From: Octopus vulgaris
Lineage: Eukaryota
Direction: 5' to 3'
Assembly (NCBI GenBank): GCA_951406725.2
Contig: OX597826.1
Coordinates: 26,722,001 to 26,786,000, forward strand
DNA: 64,000 nucleotides
Positions 58,790 to 64,000 of this stretch are shown here, in pieces (the first letter of the stretch is position 1; the number at the start of each line of letters is the position of its first letter). Under the pieces are notes generated by a model. The model worked only from the letters and a program-made list of their open reading frames with translations, searched no databases and had not been told where the DNA came from. The position numbers and the translations under genes are program-made.

Positions 58790-59207
58790 TACTCTTTACT
58801 CTTTTACTTGTTTCAGTCATTTGACTGTGGCCAAGCTGGAGCACCGCCTTTAGTCGAGCAAATCGACCCCAGGACATATTCTTTGTAAGCTTAGTACTTT
58901 TCTATCGGTCTCTTTTGCCGAACTGCTAATTTACGGGGACTTAAACACACTAGCATCGGTTATCAAGCGATGTTGCGGAGGGGACAAACACAGACACAGC
59001 AACATATACACACACACATACATGTATATATATACATATATACGACGGGCTTCTTTCAGTATCCGTCTACCAAATCCACTCACAAGACTTTGGTCAGCCC
59101 GAAGCTATAGTAGAAGACACTTGCCCAAGCTGCCGCGCAGTGGGACTGAACCCGGAACCATGTGGTTGGTAAGCAAGCTACTTATCACACAGCCACTCCT
59201 ACGCCTA
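58790..59207 (-). mobile_element. SINE family A, full length
   Basis: End-to-end homology. Confidence 0.9.
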
Positions 59208-59984
59208 CATAAAAATAAAGGGCAAGTTACCATCACGAGTCGCACCGACTCATAATGGTCGGTTTCCTGTTTTTATGGCGTATAAATCCCCTATTTGGAC
59301 GCCCCTCCAGACTATGAACTACACGTTTTTCCACCGCACAGAATATGGACAGCTGGACATGATCCCGGGCATAATTTCCTGTGCAGCATCGTTGACTGTC
59401 TGTCCACTAGCCAGTCTCGAATATACCAATATACCAATATGGAATGTATATACATTATGTGTATAAGGATATTTCTATTCCTTACAATATGTTTCACGAG
59501 GTTGGTAGGAGAATCAATTAAACATGTGAAGTAGGGTTTAAAATACGTGGCTGGATTTGGAATCGTGAGATCGTATCTTATCTGGATGGACTTTGTTACT
59601 CATACACATGAATGGAAATCATACGTACTGTTACCATTTTGATTCACACGAATTTATTCACATTTGCCTTAATGAACTTCGTGGTTCGACCATTTTTAGG
59701 TACTTGACAGATTTCCTTTTTAATTTTATCGGGCTAAGGCCATGCTGGGACACCACCATGGCAGTTTTTAGTCGAAGTAATCGATGCCAGTACATACTAG
59801 ATAATCTGCTTGACTCGTACTGTCACCGGTCTCCATTGCTGAACCGGAAATATGCGCAAGTCTATCAAATCAACACTGGTTGCCTGGCCGTCGAGGGGGA
59901 TGAGAGCATTTACAAAGACACATTTACACACACACGCGCGCACGCACGCACGCACAATCATATATACATACACACACACACACC

Positions 59985-60019
<35 letters not shown>

Positions 60020-60378
60020 CATATACATGTATGTATGTATTTCACATAGTTTCACATAGTTTTGGTCAGCCACATGACATTTTTTCTTTTATTTTCAAAT
60101 TTTTAGCATTTAATAACGATGGAGCTTTTAAAGCGAAGTAGCAATGTTAACACGCCGGGATAAATACTAAGCGTTATTTCGTCTGTCTTTATTAATGATT
60201 TTTTGAGTTATTACTAGAAGGAATCAATCAATCAATCAATCAATCAATATAGATAAAAAAGCATAAATATAGAAAGCATCTTCAGCATGCGAACTGAAAC
60301 GAAGCAACAACCTTTTCATCTGCTCACCTTTGGAATTTAATTTCGGTCTTACAGATACATATGAAACGATGTTCTACG

Positions 60379-60467
<89 letters not shown>

Positions 60468-60767
60468 ATATGTACATATATATATATAGGTATATATGTA
60501 TTCTCATGCATACATATAGGTATGTATGTGTATGTATATATATATATATATGACAATTTTAAAAATAACAAAGAATCAATGCCTCACTAGTATGGCCGTT
60601 ATGAATATCAGAAGGGTTATTATCAAGATACGTTCATCTTCTTTGACCAAATCCATTCTCATTAACAGATCTCATTTGAGTGAGCCAATGAGATGAGACA
60701 AGTCTAATTAGATACAGAATGATCGATTTATGTGATAAATTGAAAGAATGAAACAGAGGGAGAGAGA

Positions 60768-60809
<42 letters not shown>

Positions 60810-61359
60810 GGTGATAGAGGGACAGACAAACAGACTGCGTGAGAAAGGGTGAGAGATTGAGAGAGTAAGAGAAGTGGATAAAGGTTGACTTAACGACTGA
60901 ACTATCCAGAAAATTCTCTGAAACAAAACCACATATAAATAACCAATATCTCTTACAAACGCAAGCCTTGCATCTGAGATATTTTGACTGACTTTCTGTG
61001 CACAAGTCTACCTTAATTATTCTGGTTTTTGTATATAGGTATCTATTGAAAATACATCGTTGTCGTCAACGTACATCCATGACCAAGGAAATAGTATATC
61101 ACTTACAATGAAAATTCGTTAGTGTTTTTATATATGATCATATATAAAAATAGGAGAAATATGTGTTTCCGTTCTTTTGACAAGTATATTTTATTTTTAT
61201 CACATTTTTTTTCAAGGCCTGGGACATATTCTATCGGTCGCTAGATTATGGGGACCTGAGCAATCCAAAATACTGGTTGTCAAGTGGTGATGGAAGACAA
61301 ACGCAGACACACACAAACCTCATGTATATATATATATATATTATATATACATATATAAA

Positions 61360-61536
61360 TACTCTCTTTTACTCTCTTATACTTGTTTCAGTCATTTGAC
61401 TGCGGCCATGCTGGAGCACCGCCTTTTTTAATCGGTCTCTTTTGCCGAACCGCTAAGTAACGGGGACATAAACACACCAGCATCGGTTGTCAAGCAATGC
61501 TAGGGGAACAAACACAGACACACAAACACACACACA

Positions 61537-61580
<44 letters not shown>

Positions 61581-61742
61581 CATATATACGACGGGCTTCT
61601 TTCAGTGTCCGTCTACCAAATCCACTCACAAGGCTTTGGTCGGCCCGAGGCTATAGTAGAAGACACTTGGCCAAGGTGCCACGCAGTGGGACTGAATCCG
61701 GAACCATGTGGTTGGTAAACAAGCTACTTACCACACAGCCAC
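61360..61742 (-). mobile_element. SINE family A with internal deletion
   Basis: Homology; part of the tail module is missing. Confidence 0.88.
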
Positions 61743-61790
61743 ATATATAATATATAAATATATATATAATATATATATGTATTATATATA

Positions 61791-61837
<47 letters not shown>

Positions 61838-61913
61838 TATATTATATATACATATATAAATATATATATAATATATATATGTATTATATATATACATACA
61901 TATATATATATAC

Positions 61914-61993
<80 letters not shown>

Positions 61994-62002
61994 GTATATA
62001 AT

Positions 62003-62250
62003 GTGGCACTCCGTCGGTTAAGACGGGGAGAGTTCAAGTTGATCTGATCAACGGAACAGCCTGCTCATGAAATTAACGTGAAAGTGGTTGGACACTCCAC
62101 AAACACGTGTGCCCTTAACGTAGTTCTCGGGGAAATTCAGCGTGACACATACTGTGACAAGGCTGGCCCTTTGATATACAGGTACAGCAGAAACAGGAAG
62201 AAACGGAAAGAAAGAGCGCAGCAGGGCTGGCTACCACCCCCTACCAGGTG
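62003..62250 (-). mobile_element. SINE head C/tail 1, 3' part
   Basis: Reverse complement of 700-938. Confidence 0.8.
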
Positions 62251-62589
62251 TTTTCTCTTAATAAACCTCCCCACACACACACACATACACACACAAACAT
62301 ATATATTTATATATATATTTGTATGTATGCATGTGCGTGCGTGTGTGGGCTATGAAGAATAAAAACAGAGGCTGGTTATATAATCTATCATTATACAATA
62401 CCTCTGTTATAGAATATTTCATATTGGATTCCTGATTTTACTTCCTCTCCTGCACTACTTTTCTTTCGTCCGCTCGTCCGCTCGTCCACTCGTCTGTTCG
62501 TCCATTCTTTCGTTCTTTCGTTCGTTCGTTCGTTCGTTTCTTTGTTCTTCTAGTTACTATTATTATTTATCATTATTACAATAATTATC

Positions 62590-63510
62590 AAGAATCGTTT
62601 GCACGCCGGGCAAAATTCTTCAGATGCTTTCATCCGTCTTTACGTTTTGAGTTCAAATTCTTCTGAGGCCGCCTTTGCCTTTCGTCCTTTAGGGTAGATA
62701 AAATAAGTACCAACTTGGGGTCGATGTAATCGACTTACCAACTCCCATGAAATTGGTGGCTCTGTGCCAAAATTTGAAATCATAATTACAATAGTTATTA
62801 AAAATAAGGCTGTGAGCAGGCAGAATTGTTAGCACGCTGGGCGAAATGCTTAGTGGTATTTTGCCTGCTGCTTCTTTCTGAGTTCAAATTCCGCCGAGGT
62901 CGACTTTGCCTTTCATCCTTTCGGCGATGAAATAGGTACCAGTTACGCACTGAAGCCGACGTAATCGACTAAATTTCTTCGCCCATGCTGCACTTGTGGC
63001 AAAAATTTGAAATCATTATTATTTCTAATAATCTTTTCTACTATAAGCACAAGGCCTGAAATATTGGGGGAGGGGGTGAGTTGATCACATCGATCCCAGT
63101 ACTTGACTGCTACTTAATTTATCGACCCGAAAGATTGAAAGGCAATGCCAACTGCGGTGGAATTTGAACTCGGAACGTAGCCACGGGCGAAATACCGCTA
63201 AGCATTTTGCCCAGCGCACTAACGATTCTGCCCGCTCACCGACTTAGTTTATTATTATTACTAACAATACCAAACACTATTATAATTACTATAATTATTC
63301 GCCCTACTACTCTATTATTTTCTCGTTAAGGTTGCGAACTCGCAGAATCTATAACCCACCGGACAAAATGTTTATCGGCATTATGTTCGTCTTTAAATTT
63401 TAAGTTTGACTTCAGCCGTTGTACCTTATGTGTCGATGTAGTAAGTACCAGTTCGCCATTGAGGTCAACGTAATCGATTAACAGCTTTTCTTCAAAGTTT
63501 AGGCCTTGAT
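62590..63510. mobile_element. Cluster of four SINE family B copies (+ 62590-62780, + 62805-63015, - 63035-63240, + 63325-63510 degraded)
   Basis: Repeated GAGTTCAAATTC..GAGG.CG.CTTTGCCTTTC motifs on both strands. Confidence 0.8.
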
Positions 63511-63824
63511 AAGTCTCCTAGATCGATCTCATCGTTCTGTCTCCGTGTACACACCTCTACTGATAAGACACATATATAATAGTTACTAAAAGGTCATATT
63601 CTCAGCGTAAACCATATTATTAAAACATGTCTTAATTCATTGTGCCAATGTACACCTCAACATGCTCATCATTTTATTCGAAGTAACATCCTGTTAACCA
63701 CATTGATCCCAACCCATCAACATGTATCATCGGCGGACATTTTCGCAAAAATTGATCTTCAATATGAACATACTGTCAAAGTCGTATATATCTGTATATG
63801 CATATGTATGTATGTATATATATG

Positions 63825-63904
<80 letters not shown>

Positions 63905-64000
63905 TGTGTGTGTATGTATGTATATATATATACTCTCTCTTTTCACTCACTCTCTTTATTCTTTTACTTGTAACAGTCATTTGACTGTGGCCATGCTGGA

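Overview
AT-rich, microsatellite-dense animal genomic DNA. The SINE repertoire and (TA)n/(AAT)n load suggest a cephalopod, probably Octopus; this is inference, not a database result. No intact host gene is recognisable, and nearly all listed ORFs are microsatellite translations. Supported content: many copies of several tRNA-headed SINE families, a cluster of 5'-truncated R4/Dong-type non-LTR retrotransposons embedded in (AAT)n, Tc1/mariner relics, a hAT MITE, non-autonomous Helitrons, and Penelope-like element (PLE) relics including a GIY-YIG fragment. The most striking structure is a recurring (TA)n-flanked fold-back architecture (about 125 bp to 3.2 kb) carrying minimal hammerhead ribozyme motifs with palindromic helix III, where the orientation switch often falls at the ribozyme's 5' edge. 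One retrotransposon copy also carries a dense sense-strand A-to-G cluster resembling ADAR editing fixed by reverse transcription. Coordinates were read by eye and may be off by a few bases.
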